A DNA stretch of 38,720 nt from a virus (Duplodnaviria; Heunggongvirae; Uroviricota; Caudoviricetes), in the IMG/VR virus record IMGVR_UViG_2563366844_000005; one strand, written 5' to 3'. Below are positions 19,251 through 28,674 of this stretch, piece after piece. A program made the position numbers and the translations under genes. Below the pieces are notes generated by a model. That model was not told where the DNA came from. It saw only the letters and a program-made list of their open reading frames with translations, and made no database searches. Numbering within the stretch: the stretch's first letter is position 1; each line of letters starts with the position of its first letter.

Positions 19251-20469
19251 TGGCGTTATCCTTCTGCTTACCGGCTTTACTGCCATCGGAGGGTTTCGTG
19301 GTCATGTTCATCGGTGTGAGATAGACATCCCCACCGGAACGCGGATTCATATCTTCCAGGTCGCGGCAGTCATTGGGAGAGTAAATTCCCCAGTTGATCC
19401 CGGTGGCGTAGGCTTCAAAACGGGACTTCATATCCCCGCGCAGTAACGCCCCGGCGTTAAATTTGGCGTAATAAACGCCCTGCTTACTTTTTCGTACCAG
19501 TCCGGTGTTGATCCGCTGTTCGATTCGGGTCAGATACGGCACCAGTGAATAGTTGATAAATCCGAGCCCCAGCTCTTCGATATTGTTGAAGGTGGCGCGA
19601 TCGGTGTTCTGCACCATGTGCAATGGCACACGGAACAGACGACAAATTTCTTCAAGCTGAAACTTGCGGGTTTCCAGGAACTGGCTGTCCTCTGCGTTCA
19701 ACGCCATCGACTTCCAGTCCAGCCCCATCTCAAGGATCATCGGGCGGTGAGCATTGCCAAGCCCGGTGTGACGCTCCTCAAAATCTTTCTTCAGGCGCTC
19801 ATAAGCCTGATCCGACAGCGTCTGCTCTGTACGCAACACACCCGACGTCACCGCGCCATTGCTGAACAGTCTGGCCCCATGCTCTTCGGTCGCTGCCGCC
19901 AGCGATATTGCCTCGCGGGCATAGGCGATGGGATTCAGTCCCACCAGACCGTCCAGCGTCAGCGTGCGCACATGCCAGATATCTTCCTGGTTCAGTACAT
20001 CCGTGGAGCCGTCCGGGAATGTGACCTGGTAAACCGGTTCCCAGCTACTGTTAAGCTTCGGTACCACACAACCGGGGTCGACGGGCAGCAGTTCAGCCAC
20101 TTCGCCAAATGCTTTCACTTTGTAGGCGTAAAAATTTCCCCTCAGGCACAGACAGGTGACCACCAGCTCCCAGAACTCCTGCGGCGTCATATAGCCATTG
20201 GGATGCGTGGAGATCAGTTTATGCAGACGTTCGCCGGTGGCTCTCTGCTTCAGGCTGCCGTTCAGGTGATACAGATTGCAGGGCAACATCCCGACCGACT
20301 CTGCCAGCACCCTGACGCAGGAAAAAACCGCCGTCAGTCGCATGGCTCGCTGACTGCTGATCTGCTTTCCGGTATAGGTGTCGTAGGACAACCCGATGGC
20401 ATCCGCCAGCTCTGCTGGCGTGGTCACCGGCGCGTCACTTTTTCGTTGAAATAATCCCGAAAAGAACAC
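19228..20469 (-). CDS. Portal protein (HK97 family)
   Basis: 413 aa between terminase and protease. The track start is a GTG overlapping the preceding stop; the true start may be downstream. Confidence 0.85.
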   Translation of the reverse strand: MFFSGLFQRKSDAPVTTPAELADAIGLSYDTYTGKQISSQRAMRLTAVFSCVRVLAESVGMLPCNLYHLNGSLKQRATGERLHKLISTHPNGYMTPQEFWELVVTCLCLRGNFYAYKVKAFGEVAELLPVDPGCVVPKLNSSWEPVYQVTFPDGSTDVLNQEDIWHVRTLTLDGLVGLNPIAYAREAISLAAATEEHGARLFSNGAVTSGVLRTEQTLSDQAYERLKKDFEERHTGLGNAHRPMILEMGLDWKSMALNAEDSQFLETRKFQLEEICRLFRVPLHMVQNTDRATFNNIEELGLGFINYSLVPYLTRIEQRINTGLVRKSKQGVYYAKFNAGALLRGDMKSRFEAYATGINWGIYSPNDCRDLEDMNPRSGGDVYLTPMNMTTKPSDGSKAGKQKDNANADETTS

Positions 20470-20651
20470 TATTTACCTCCGCCGACAGACAGCTGTGTAC
20501 GATCGAGATATCGCGCCACCAGCCACGACCAGAACAGGCACAGCACCCCGGCAACAACAAAACCCGCCGGGGGATAAATCAGCCAGGCACCATACGCCAG
20601 CAAAAGCGCACCCAGCACGCCCACCAGTGGCGCGAGAATTATCAGAAACAT
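20469..20651 (-). CDS. Small hydrophobic protein between large terminase and portal
   Basis: 60 aa with two predicted transmembrane segments; ATG with GAGGT SD. Confidence 0.4.
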   Translation of the reverse strand: MFLIILAPLVGVLGALLLAYGAWLIYPPAGFVVAGVLCLFWSWLVARYLDRTQLSVGGGK

Positions 20652-20662
20652 AATGACCTCGG

Positions 20663-22420
20663 TTAAAGCGAGCGGATGCCCACGCTGACCAGATGTTCAG
20701 ACAGATCCGGCTCCGGTTCACCACCATTGACCAGCATCCGGCTCATTGCTGTAAACATCGCAACAGGGCCGTCGATTTTGGCTTCCAGCGTGGATTTATT
20801 CGGGAAGATATTGTCGTTTTTGTCCGGTTTTACCGTAACGTTAGACATCATCCAGTTCATGACCGGATGATTGCTGTGATGGAAACGCCCGGCATAGACC
20901 AGTGATTCCGTTTCCTTCATGGCCTCTGACAGATTGCGAACCGTCTGCGGAACCTCCACCAGCGGTATCCCTTCTTCAGCCAGTGCCAGGCTGAACTGCA
21001 TCGCGCTCCACGGGTCAAATCCCAGTTCCCTGAGGTTTTCACCACCAATCCATTCCAGTAAGTCACTTTTTATCTGAGCATGATCGATAACATCACCATC
21101 CGTCAGAATCAGCTTATCCATCTCCGCCCACTTCCGGTAAAGTTCTGCCTGCTGCCGCGAGCATCGTTCCAGCCGTCCTTCCGGAAGCCAGAATTTAAAA
21201 TCGGCATGAACATGCCCGTTATCCGTTCGCCAGAGTTTTGCCGCCGCACAGATATCAATCTTATGAGCAAGGTCAACGCCGACCCACATGGGATACGTTT
21301 TCAGCTCATGTCGTGGGGCAATGTATTCGCACTTCTCCCACTTAATCATGTCCATCCAGGCAGACTCTGCTGTTACCCACACATTCATGTGTTTGGTAAA
21401 AAAATTCACCCGCGCAGAGACCTGTTCTTTCGCTTTTTTCGCCAGGCGACGCAGATCATCCCAGCGTTTACAGATGCCCAGGCCGGGATTCGCTTTCTGC
21501 CAGACCGTTTCATCAAACGGATCATCTCCCTCATCGAGGGTGTAAATAATCGCAAAGTAGGAGTCGTCTTTTACCGCGCCCTCCACGTCGCTGTTATAGC
21601 CACGCAATACCTTGATGGCGTAATCACGCTGCTCGTAACAAATCCCTTCCTTGTTAAACCCTGCCGTGGTGATACCAAATAAAAGGGACTGCAGACGGGC
21701 ACCGGTTGCCGTTTCCAGAACGTCCCACACGTCACGGGTTTTATGTGCATGCAGCTCATCAATAATGGCGCAGTGGATGTTCAGACCATCCAGGTTGTTT
21801 GCATCCGAAGAAAGCGGTTCAAATTTTGATGCGCTCTGCTCCTGGTAAATCGCCAGCTTGTTGAAATCAAACAACCGCCCGAGTGTCGACCGGGCTTTTC
21901 TGACCATATTTTTGGCGTCTTCAAACACGATTCTGGCCTGGTCACGCGTGGTTGCGGCTGAATACACCTCAGCTCCGCCTTCACCATCTGCCCCCGTCAT
22001 ATACAGGCCGATACCCGATGACAGAGTTGATTTTGCGTTTTTACGGGCGACTTCGTTGTACGCCGTCCGGAACCGGCGCACCATCACCGGACGTCCGCTG
22101 CCATCGCTGCGCATGACAACTTCCCCGGTCTCTTCATTGACCAGCGGAATGACAAAACCAAAAATATTAATGAGGATAAATACATGCCAGTCCATCAACT
22201 CAATGGGCTGGCCTGCCAGCGCCCCTTTTACATGAGGCACAAATTTGTAGAAATTCAGGATGTGCTGCGCACGGGGTTCACTGAAATAAATCCCCCGCTC
22301 TTCGCCGTACTTCAGATCATCAAGAAAACGCTGGCAGGCTAGGCGGACAAATTCGCCAGCAACAATTTCTCCTGCAACAACACGTTCGGCGTAGCGGATC
22401 CCGTCAGCCACTTTTGCCAT
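20663..22420 (-). CDS. Terminase large subunit
   Basis: 585 aa; ATPase plus nuclease architecture expected of a terminase; its ATG overlaps the small-subunit stop (ATGA). Confidence 0.9.
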   Translation of the reverse strand: MAKVADGIRYAERVVAGEIVAGEFVRLACQRFLDDLKYGEERGIYFSEPRAQHILNFYKFVPHVKGALAGQPIELMDWHVFILINIFGFVIPLVNEETGEVVMRSDGSGRPVMVRRFRTAYNEVARKNAKSTLSSGIGLYMTGADGEGGAEVYSAATTRDQARIVFEDAKNMVRKARSTLGRLFDFNKLAIYQEQSASKFEPLSSDANNLDGLNIHCAIIDELHAHKTRDVWDVLETATGARLQSLLFGITTAGFNKEGICYEQRDYAIKVLRGYNSDVEGAVKDDSYFAIIYTLDEGDDPFDETVWQKANPGLGICKRWDDLRRLAKKAKEQVSARVNFFTKHMNVWVTAESAWMDMIKWEKCEYIAPRHELKTYPMWVGVDLAHKIDICAAAKLWRTDNGHVHADFKFWLPEGRLERCSRQQAELYRKWAEMDKLILTDGDVIDHAQIKSDLLEWIGGENLRELGFDPWSAMQFSLALAEEGIPLVEVPQTVRNLSEAMKETESLVYAGRFHHSNHPVMNWMMSNVTVKPDKNDNIFPNKSTLEAKIDGPVAMFTAMSRMLVNGGEPEPDLSEHLVSVGIRSL

Positions 22421-22902
22421 CAGTCTCTCGCTTTTAAAAGCTCCGCCAGCGGATCAACATCATCCGGTCCGGCGATATTTACTTTAGCCCGGCTTGCCGG
22501 TGACATACCAAACTCTGCAAGCATTGCCCGGATCCGCTTCCAGGCATCCGCTTTCATTGCCGCCGCGGGGTGCGCCTTAATCAGTACATCACCGCTCTGC
22601 GTTTCCGTGCGGTAGGTATACCCCTCAACATCGAGTGTTTCGCAGTGATGCCGATATTCGGTGTAGGCTTCCACCAGCAACTCGAGCGCACGCGCATCAA
22701 GCTGAGAAATGATCCCTTCCGCATTCAGCTCTTCCGCCATTCGCCTGAACCAGTACTTCCCCTGAGCCCCTAAATGCTGCGGAATTTTAGGAAGACCTTT
22801 TTCATCCTTTTTAGCGGTTTTTTTGTGGTCTTTAACGGGACGCTTTGAGGGGTTGCCTCGTATCAAATGCAGGCGTGGCGGGGTTTTCGGAGGTCCTGAC
22901 AT
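22420..22902 (-). CDS. Terminase small subunit (P27-like)
   Basis: 160 aa basic N-terminus; lies between the HNH gene and the large terminase, the usual HK97-type arrangement. Confidence 0.8.
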   Translation of the reverse strand: MSGPPKTPPRLHLIRGNPSKRPVKDHKKTAKKDEKGLPKIPQHLGAQGKYWFRRMAEELNAEGIISQLDARALELLVEAYTEYRHHCETLDVEGYTYRTETQSGDVLIKAHPAAAMKADAWKRIRAMLAEFGMSPASRAKVNIAGPDDVDPLAELLKARD

Positions 22903-23050
22903 AATCGGTCTTACCTATCAATCGTTTGTTCACATTTCCAAAAAAAAGTTTTCGAACCTGCGGCGATGTGAGGAAGGGTCAGGCGGCGGTACTGAGCAGC
23001 CAGGGTTGCAGAGATTTGACCCGCCCCTCCCCTACAGATGGGAACCGTTA

Positions 23051-23401
23051 TCAATTGATGCGTTCGCGCGCTGTTTTTGCTTTATGACAGGGCCAGCACA
23101 GACTCTGCAGGTTACTGTCTGCATCCGTGCCACCATGAGCTTTCGGAATGATGTGGTCCACAGTTCTGGCTTCAACGGCTCTCCCATTGCGCAGGCAGTT
23201 CTGACACAGATGATTATCACGCTTCAGTATGCGCGCACGTATGGCATCCCATTTCGAGCCATAGCCACGCTGGTGGCGGCTCAGTCCGCGTTGATGCTGT
23301 ACCCATCCTTCGCCACGATGTTTATCGCAGTAACCAGAACTGTCTGTGGTTGTACCTGCACATCCACGCTTACGGCAGGCGCGTGAGATTCGTGATGGCA
23401 T
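23051..23401 (-). CDS. HNH endonuclease (terminase-associated)
   Basis: 116 aa; Cys pairs plus His-Asn-His motif (CQNC ... VDHIIPKAHGGTDADSNLQSLCWPCH). Confidence 0.85.
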   Translation of the reverse strand: MPSRISRACRKRGCAGTTTDSSGYCDKHRGEGWVQHQRGLSRHQRGYGSKWDAIRARILKRDNHLCQNCLRNGRAVEARTVDHIIPKAHGGTDADSNLQSLCWPCHKAKTARERIN

Positions 23402-23443
23402 AAATACCTCATACCCTACGAAATGTTTACCACGATAAAAAGG

Positions 23444-23908
23444 CTACTTAATGCACTGAGTGCGGATATACTCCTGTGCCCCTTCCAGTTGCATCTGCAT
23501 CGTCATCAGCCGCTCTCTGAGGGTGAAATAATCCCGTTCAGCGGTGTCTGCCAGTCGGGGGCTGGTTGCATTATCCACGCCGGAGGCGGTGGTGGCTTCA
23601 CGCACTGACTGACAGACTGCTTTGATGTGCAACCGACGACGACCAGCGACAACATCAGCGCGCAGAGTTTCATTTTCAGCTTTCGCATTGGCTAATTCTC
23701 TCGAGTACTTTGCATCGAGCGCAGCAACATCACGCTGACGCTGCTGCATGTCAGCGATGGTGGCGATCGCCAGCTTCAGCTCACTGACTTTTTTATCACG
23801 CTGTTCTTTGTAGGCGATGGCGTTATCACGGTAATGATTGACCGCCCACGACAGGCAGACGATGATGCAGATAACCAGAGCATAAATAATCGCGGCGACT
23901 CTGCTCAC
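23444..23908 (-). CDS. Rz: Spanin inner-membrane subunit Rz
   Basis: Closely matches lambda Rz as recalled ([29 protein letters not shown]...); probable GTG start at 23908 overlapping the endolysin stop (GTGA). Confidence 0.85.
   Translation of the reverse strand: MSRVAAIIYALVICIIVCLSWAVNHYRDNAIAYKEQRDKKVSELKLAIATIADMQQRQRDVAALDAKYSRELANAKAENETLRADVVAGRRRLHIKAVCQSVREATTASGVDNATSPRLADTAERDYFTLRERLMTMQMQLEGAQEYIRTQCIK
23506..23688 (-). CDS. Rz1: Spanin outer-membrane lipoprotein Rz1, embedded in Rz in another frame
   Basis: 60 aa; lipobox LVVVGC; proline run PPPPPAW; matches lambda Rz1 as recalled. Confidence 0.85.
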   Translation of the reverse strand: MRKLKMKLCALMLSLVVVGCTSKQSVSQCVKPPPPPAWIMQPAPDWQTPLNGIISPSESG

Positions 23909-24438
23909 TGATCTATTCCCCAACAGGCTAATGCGCTTTCCTGGTCACGACGAATAACCTGACCGTAACAGTTATTTGAACGAATGCGGCAATCACGGCC
24001 ACCGTCCTTAATCCACCAGCGAATCGCCTCGCATGCACCTTTACGATCACCGGCATTCAGCCGCTTATAAAACGTCGACGGGAAACACTTACCAGGGCCA
24101 ATGTTATAGGGACAAAATGACGCTATACCCGCTTTCTGTGGCTCGGTCAGTGGTACTTTAATATTACGTTCCACCCATGCCAGCGCCTTATCACGTTCAA
24201 TAGCGTTAACCTGGTCGCACTTTTCCTTCGACAGCTTCATTCCCGGTATGACGGGCTTACCATCCACCATTGTGGCACCGCGGCAGATGGTCCATATACC
24301 GGAACCATCACGGTATGCCGTTGTGTGATTACCCTCTTTTTCGTTCAGAAACTGGTCAAGAATGTCAGGCGCAGGCGCACCTGCGGCAATCAGCGCCAGA
24401 ACGACAGCCGACAGACCGTATTTGATTTTTGCGCTCAT
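23905..24438 (-). CDS. SAR endolysin (lysozyme-like)
   Basis: N-terminal weakly hydrophobic Gly/Ala-rich signal-anchor-release segment from the ATG at 24438 (the track ORF begins with TTG at 24477); paired with a pinholin. Confidence 0.85.
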   Translation of the reverse strand: MSAKIKYGLSAVVLALIAAGAPAPDILDQFLNEKEGNHTTAYRDGSGIWTICRGATMVDGKPVIPGMKLSKEKCDQVNAIERDKALAWVERNIKVPLTEPQKAGIASFCPYNIGPGKCFPSTFYKRLNAGDRKGACEAIRWWIKDGGRDCRIRSNNCYGQVIRRDQESALACWGIDQ

Positions 24439-24574
24439 GGATATGGATGGATATTTATCAGGATTTATCGGTTCCAAATCCCTGGATATGTTTAGTACTC
24501 AGCCCGGCAGGTAGTTCCTCGCAGGGGTAATACTGACAATGTGAAGATCACAGAACAAACAGTAAGGACAACAT

Positions 24575-24856
24575 ATGAGCGATACTTATTTATCTAAAAA
24601 AGCTTTTGCTGATATTCTGGCCATCAGACAGGTTGTCATACTCCTGGTTAACGATTTACCAGATGAGAAAAAAGCAATTATTAAAGATTTGCTTACTAAA
24701 TCAGCTGACACTTTTTCATCAAAAAAATTACCCGAATCCCTGGAAACCCCGCAGGAAGTTTTAGACGAAATGAACAAATTGATTGCCGAATCATGCGCTA
24801 CTCTTGCTGAGACAATTTTAATTCCTGAAGAAGCTTCGTCGTCATACCATCAATAG
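24575..24856 (+). CDS. Hypothetical small acidic protein on the opposite strand inside the lysis cassette
   Basis: 93 aa; AT-rich; AAGGA SD 6 nt before the ATG; 3' end overlaps the 3' end of the convergent 174-aa gene by 59 nt. Confidence 0.5.
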   Translation: MSDTYLSKKAFADILAIRQVVILLVNDLPDEKKAIIKDLLTKSADTFSSKKLPESLETPQEVLDEMNKLIAESCATLAETILIPEEASSSYHQ

Positions 24857-25322
24857 TTTGCTGAACAGCTTTAGCAACAAACGCCACCCCATTTTCGTGG
24901 TGGCGTTGTCGCTCATTTACGGCTCGCATCGCGGCAACTATCGCACGACTTATGTCATCCCCGGCGTTTTTTTCCCGCCCTGCGCGCCTGGTGTTGGCTT
25001 TAACTGCACTATCAAAACCCGCAAGATGAGGACGATCGTGTTTATTGGCAGAATTTTCAATCTTAATGGAGTACTGATGCTGCAGATAAGACTCAACTTT
25101 TTCTGACAATTTTTCTGCCACTCCCAGGAAGACCTGCCTGACGCTCATTCTGGCTGCTGCCTCATAAAACTCCAGCGCGGCACCTTCAACACGGTCCATG
25201 GTGATGACCAGGTCAAAAATTTCACCGTCAAAGCGTTTTTTGTCCCGTAATGCTACAGTTACCGCAACTTTATTCTCAAAATTGCGGATCCCTTTCACAA
25301 TCAGTTCATAGTTTTGAGTCAT
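24798..25322 (-). CDS. Hypothetical protein between holin and endolysin
   Basis: 174-aa soluble protein; ATG 5 nt after the holin stop with a GGGGAGAG SD. Confidence 0.6.
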   Translation of the reverse strand: MTQNYELIVKGIRNFENKVAVTVALRDKKRFDGEIFDLVITMDRVEGAALEFYEAAARMSVRQVFLGVAEKLSEKVESYLQHQYSIKIENSANKHDRPHLAGFDSAVKANTRRAGREKNAGDDISRAIVAAMRAVNERQRHHENGVAFVAKAVQQTIDGMTTKLLQELKLSQQE

Positions 25323-25326
25323 TGAA

Positions 25327-25542
25327 TTACTCTCCCCGTGCAGCCTTACGCTTGTCTTCTCTGATTTTGAAGTACAGATTTGTCAGATAAGTCAGGAAGC
25401 CCAGAACCAGACTCCCCAGTACACCAATCGCAGCCCACTGTGACGGACTGACCTGATCAAGCCACTGTAAAAACCAGTAGCCAGCACTGCCTGCGGAGGT
25501 GCCGTAGGCAATGCCCGTTGAAATTTTGTCCATGGATTTCAT
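25327..25542 (-). CDS. Class II holin (phage 21 S-like pinholin) with dual-start motif
   Basis: 71 aa, MKSMDK... with two in-frame Met codons (1 and 4), two transmembrane segments, charged C-terminus; strong GGAGGTGAGG SD. Confidence 0.85.
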   Translation of the reverse strand: MKSMDKISTGIAYGTSAGSAGYWFLQWLDQVSPSQWAAIGVLGSLVLGFLTYLTNLYFKIREDKRKAARGE

Positions 25543-25811
25543 AGCCTCACCTCCGCAAATAACGGATGGCGTAATTCTTATATCGGGAAGGGGAAAAAGA
25601 AGGCCGCAGCGTAACTATCACTGAGGAGTTCAGGATAGCCAGTGGCTACGGCTCAGTTTGGGTTGTGCTGTTGCTGGGCGGCGATGACGCCTGTACGCAT
25701 TTGGTAATCCGGTTCTGCTTCCGGCATTCGCTTAATTCAGCACAACGGAAAGAGCACTCGGTACATTTAAGCCAAGCCCCATAAGGGAGAATGCTCTTAC
25801 CTGTTGTGCAG

Positions 25812-25848
25812 AAAAAAAACCACACGGCAGCGGGTTTAAGCTGTGTGG
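25812..25848 (-). terminator. Strong intrinsic terminator in the late-operon leader (candidate tR')
   Basis: Minus-strand hairpin CCACAC...GUGUGG followed by eight U, about 270 nt upstream of the holin. Confidence 0.55.
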
Positions 25849-25951
25849 CGAAGTTACCTCTCTTCACCAAGAATTCGGTAATAAAATAACTTGTGGCGCT
25901 CTCGTTTTTATGCCGATAAAATAAACGGTCCACTTTCAAATGGAGCGATTC

Positions 25952-26872
25952 ATGATTTTTCTCAGAACTGAAAACGGCATCGAGAAACTTGAAAACTGGG
26001 AGGAAATTATATCCAGACCAAACTTTGTCACCGCTATAGACAAAGGAGTTCAACAACTTGAGGAGATAATTGGTTACTACAAATTTAAAGAAGAAATCCA
26101 CTGTGGTCTAACTGGTTGCAACCAACCACATCAAATGGGTTATATTGTAAAAACATCTAGTGGCATTGAAACCAACATCGGAAATAAATGTGGTAAAAAC
26201 GAATTTGGTGTGGAATTTGGTGAAAACGTTCTTAGTTTCAATAAACTTATGCAACTCGAAACCAATCGGGAAATTATTAGTACCGCAAAAAGTAAATGTG
26301 AAGCGTGGCAAAAAAATATTGAAACGATACGAAATATCAAACCCACAATAGATTATCTATCTTCTACCATCGAAAATAGTAAAAATTCCAATTACGCCGG
26401 AAGACTTGGTGCTACAGAAATTCGTTTTTTGACCAAGAGCCAGACAGGCCTTGTAACCCTTTCTGAAGTGGAAACTGATAAGAATACCAAAACAATTCTG
26501 TTCGCAATGAATGAACACATGCGCGAGTCTGGAGAAGCAATAAGTGAATTCTACATAGGAAAAGTATCATTTAGTCATGTTCTTTTACCAGAAAACAATC
26601 TTCGTGATTTTTTTGTTGCGCTCAAAGAAGATCTAAAAAAAATTCAGTGTATTGATCTACAAACAGCCCCAAGCCCAGAAATTTCTAATGTTGCCAAAAT
26701 TGCCAGTTCAATCGAAGAACGAATCAAACGATTAAAAAAACTGAAACATGAAGCCAGTAAATTCCTAACTAAAAAAAATCTGCGTCCCATCGCAAACAAA
26801 ATAAAATACTCATCGACAGCGGATGAACTTGAATTCCATAATTTCGAACGCTTTTTAAACGGGCTGAAATGA
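25952..26872 (+). CDS. Hypothetical 307-aa protein, AT-rich moron antisense to the late operon
   Basis: Uninterrupted ORF in a visibly AT-rich block; second ATG at 25952 has a GGAG SD at 6 nt; Lys/Glu/Asn/Ile-rich; no family recognised; stable hairpin immediately 3'. Confidence 0.65.
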   Translation: MIFLRTENGIEKLENWEEIISRPNFVTAIDKGVQQLEEIIGYYKFKEEIHCGLTGCNQPHQMGYIVKTSSGIETNIGNKCGKNEFGVEFGENVLSFNKLMQLETNREIISTAKSKCEAWQKNIETIRNIKPTIDYLSSTIENSKNSNYAGRLGATEIRFLTKSQTGLVTLSEVETDKNTKTILFAMNEHMRESGEAISEFYIGKVSFSHVLLPENNLRDFFVALKEDLKKIQCIDLQTAPSPEISNVAKIASSIEERIKRLKKLKHEASKFLTKKNLRPIANKIKYSSTADELEFHNFERFLNGLK

Positions 26873-26896
26873 TAGAAGCCCCGAAAGGGGCTTCTA
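26873..26896. terminator. Stable 10-bp stem with GAAA tetraloop after the moron gene (possible bidirectional terminator or RNA end element)
   Basis: TAGAAGCCCC-GAAA-GGGGCTTCTA; no strong U-tract on either side. Confidence 0.45.
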
Positions 26897-26986
26897 TCAA
26901 AATCATTTACGCATTATTCCGCATGCTCAAAAGAATACATGACAGATTCGGACAAAATCAAGTGCAATGTCGCAAAAAGTCTAAGT

Positions 26987-27817
26987 TTAGTTCACATCAT
27001 CACCAAAACTTGTCACATTCTGAAAAGCAATATCGGCCTTATGCTCTTCCTGGTGACAAATGTCAACCAGAGAATCAAGAAACGGCTTCCAATTACGTGT
27101 CCATGTCCTGACATGTAGCTCGGGTATCCGCTTCAGTACAACTTTATATACTGTGGTAGACGGTATCGTGGAAAATCCATTTCCGCTACAACGTTCGCAG
27201 ATTTTAAACACTGGCACACCACGCTCGCTTGTGGCTTTGCGGTCCAGTACCTCTCCCTTTCCACCACAACGACACCTGGCACTTATCACTCCCTTCCCTT
27301 TACATACATCGCAAACGACTGGTACAACTTCTGTTACCTCTGTCCATTTCTCCCAGTCTGACGGTCGAACAGCACGGGAGCGACTGGCCCAATATGGTGC
27401 TTTACCCCATGGGTATGAAACCTTACGAATGACCTGCTTACGGGGTGTTAGTCCGGTACCACTGCAACTATGGCATGTTACGCTGGTGGACGCCGATCGG
27501 GAATACTCAGCAAAAGCAAACTGCGCCAGCACCAGCATACACCAGCCAAATTCACCACCAGCTGCTTTACGCACATTCTTCGGTGCAATTTCCATCGCGT
27601 GACGCGCCAGCGCCTGGACTGCCATCTGCTCATCAGTCTTGCTGATACCTGCCTTCCCGAAGAAGGCCACCAGACCAAACCGCTCACGATTGCTGGTGGT
27701 ACCAATAGCCGCCATAACATCGGTGCCTGTAAGACGTTCCGGAGAGGTTCCTTTCACATCATCGCCGATATACATTCCCTGAGGACTGAAGTATTTTAGG
27801 GATGCCTCAAGCTTCAT
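26987..27817 (-). CDS. Putative late-gene regulator at the Q position, with DnaJ-type zinc-finger repeats
   Basis: 276 aa; four Cys repeats (CHSCSGTG, CDVCKGKG, CRCGGKG, CERCSGNG); last gene before the late leader and lysis genes. Q-family membership not verified. Confidence 0.4.
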   Translation of the reverse strand: MKLEASLKYFSPQGMYIGDDVKGTSPERLTGTDVMAAIGTTSNRERFGLVAFFGKAGISKTDEQMAVQALARHAMEIAPKNVRKAAGGEFGWCMLVLAQFAFAEYSRSASTSVTCHSCSGTGLTPRKQVIRKVSYPWGKAPYWASRSRAVRPSDWEKWTEVTEVVPVVCDVCKGKGVISARCRCGGKGEVLDRKATSERGVPVFKICERCSGNGFSTIPSTTVYKVVLKRIPELHVRTWTRNWKPFLDSLVDICHQEEHKADIAFQNVTSFGDDVN

Positions 27818-28674
27818 TATTCACACTCCCCAACCAGATTAAGAATAACCGCCGCGCCATTGTCTTTCATATATTCGCCCTTTCCGCTTGCCAAAAACCA
27901 ACGACACACCTCCACGGCTTCAGCCCGTGTCACCGGTTTGATGGTCATCAGCAATTTTTCAAGGTAGCGCTCGCGGTCATATACCGATTCGTGATGCTCA
28001 GAGTAACCAAACTCATCGCCCTGTTCTTTAGTTGCAGTGTGGCGAACACTGTAGAGCCAGTCCCAGTAAACAAACTCACGAACTACGTCTGACAATGTAT
28101 GAGGCTCTGGCAGTACATCACGATAGCCATCAACATATGCACGACGCTGATCATCAATTTCATTCATACGGATGCCGTCAATTCTGCCCGCTTTCTTCTC
28201 GGCTGCAGTCCAGCCCCAGAGATGATCGTCGATAAATTTCTGGGAAGACTTGATCACTCGCTCGGCTTCCACATCTTCGAGTGCTGCTTCATAGCTACCA
28301 AACGTAGCCCTGACTGATGCTGCTTTTTTGATATTCTCCCGGGCGATACTGATTGCCTGTGCCGGGTTATCCATGCCGATGGTACCGAAAGCAATCTGGA
28401 AAGGATCGCCACCATTCGCCAGCAGATAACGCGAATAGCGTTCCTGGGCCTCTTTTGGGGAAATTTTAATTTTCACCAGCGCAGCCTCAGCAGCATCCAG
28501 ATGTGCGGGTTCGTTCAGACGGATAACCTCCAGCACCCAAAGATAAGCATCAGTCTGCTTATGCCCGGTGATTCTCCGTTGCTCTGGCAGGGGCTTGATG
28601 TTTGCGAGGACGGAGCTGTACGCTGCCGTCGGGATGGTGAATAGTGCTTTATGTTCGTTGTTATCAGTACGCAT
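27817..28674 (-). CDS. Hypothetical protein between the replication genes and the Q-like gene
   Basis: 285 aa; translationally coupled at both ends (TAATG overlaps); no motif recognised. Confidence 0.6.
   Translation of the reverse strand: MRTDNNEHKALFTIPTAAYSSVLANIKPLPEQRRITGHKQTDAYLWVLEVIRLNEPAHLDAAEAALVKIKISPKEAQERYSRYLLANGGDPFQIAFGTIGMDNPAQAISIARENIKKAASVRATFGSYEAALEDVEAERVIKSSQKFIDDHLWGWTAAEKKAGRIDGIRMNEIDDQRRAYVDGYRDVLPEPHTLSDVVREFVYWDWLYSVRHTATKEQGDEFGYSEHHESVYDRERYLEKLLMTIKPVTRAEAVEVCRWFLASGKGEYMKDNGAAVILNLVGECE

Noticed and set aside
19618-20454. 278-aa plus-strand ORF antisense to the portal gene
   Set aside because: Fully contained in the portal gene on the opposite strand; no RBS; composition typical of antisense ORFs.
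21080-21682. 200-aa plus-strand ORF antisense to the large terminase
   Set aside because: Inside the terminase gene on the opposite strand; no independent support.
22823-23386. 187-aa plus-strand ORF spanning the terS-HNH interval
   Set aside because: Overlaps the HNH gene antisense and crosses the intergenic spacer; low-complexity translation.
25560-25950. Possible tRNA gene between Q and the lysis genes, as in Stx phages
   Set aside because: No T-loop-like GTTCGAATC-type motif or cloverleaf arrangement found by eye; the structure reads better as terminator plus hairpin.
25646-26101. 151-aa minus-strand ORF spanning the late leader and the start of the moron gene
   Set aside because: Crosses the strong terminator and hairpins and overlaps the start of the AT-rich plus-strand gene; more likely non-coding leader.
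26869-27111. 80-aa plus-strand ORF overlapping the hairpin and the 3' end of the Q-like gene
   Set aside because: Begins inside the stem-loop and overlaps the Q-like coding region antisense; no RBS.
27060-27799. Multiple 66-180-aa plus-strand ORFs overlapping the Q-like gene
   Set aside because: Antisense to a well-coupled minus-strand gene; no SD motifs noticed.
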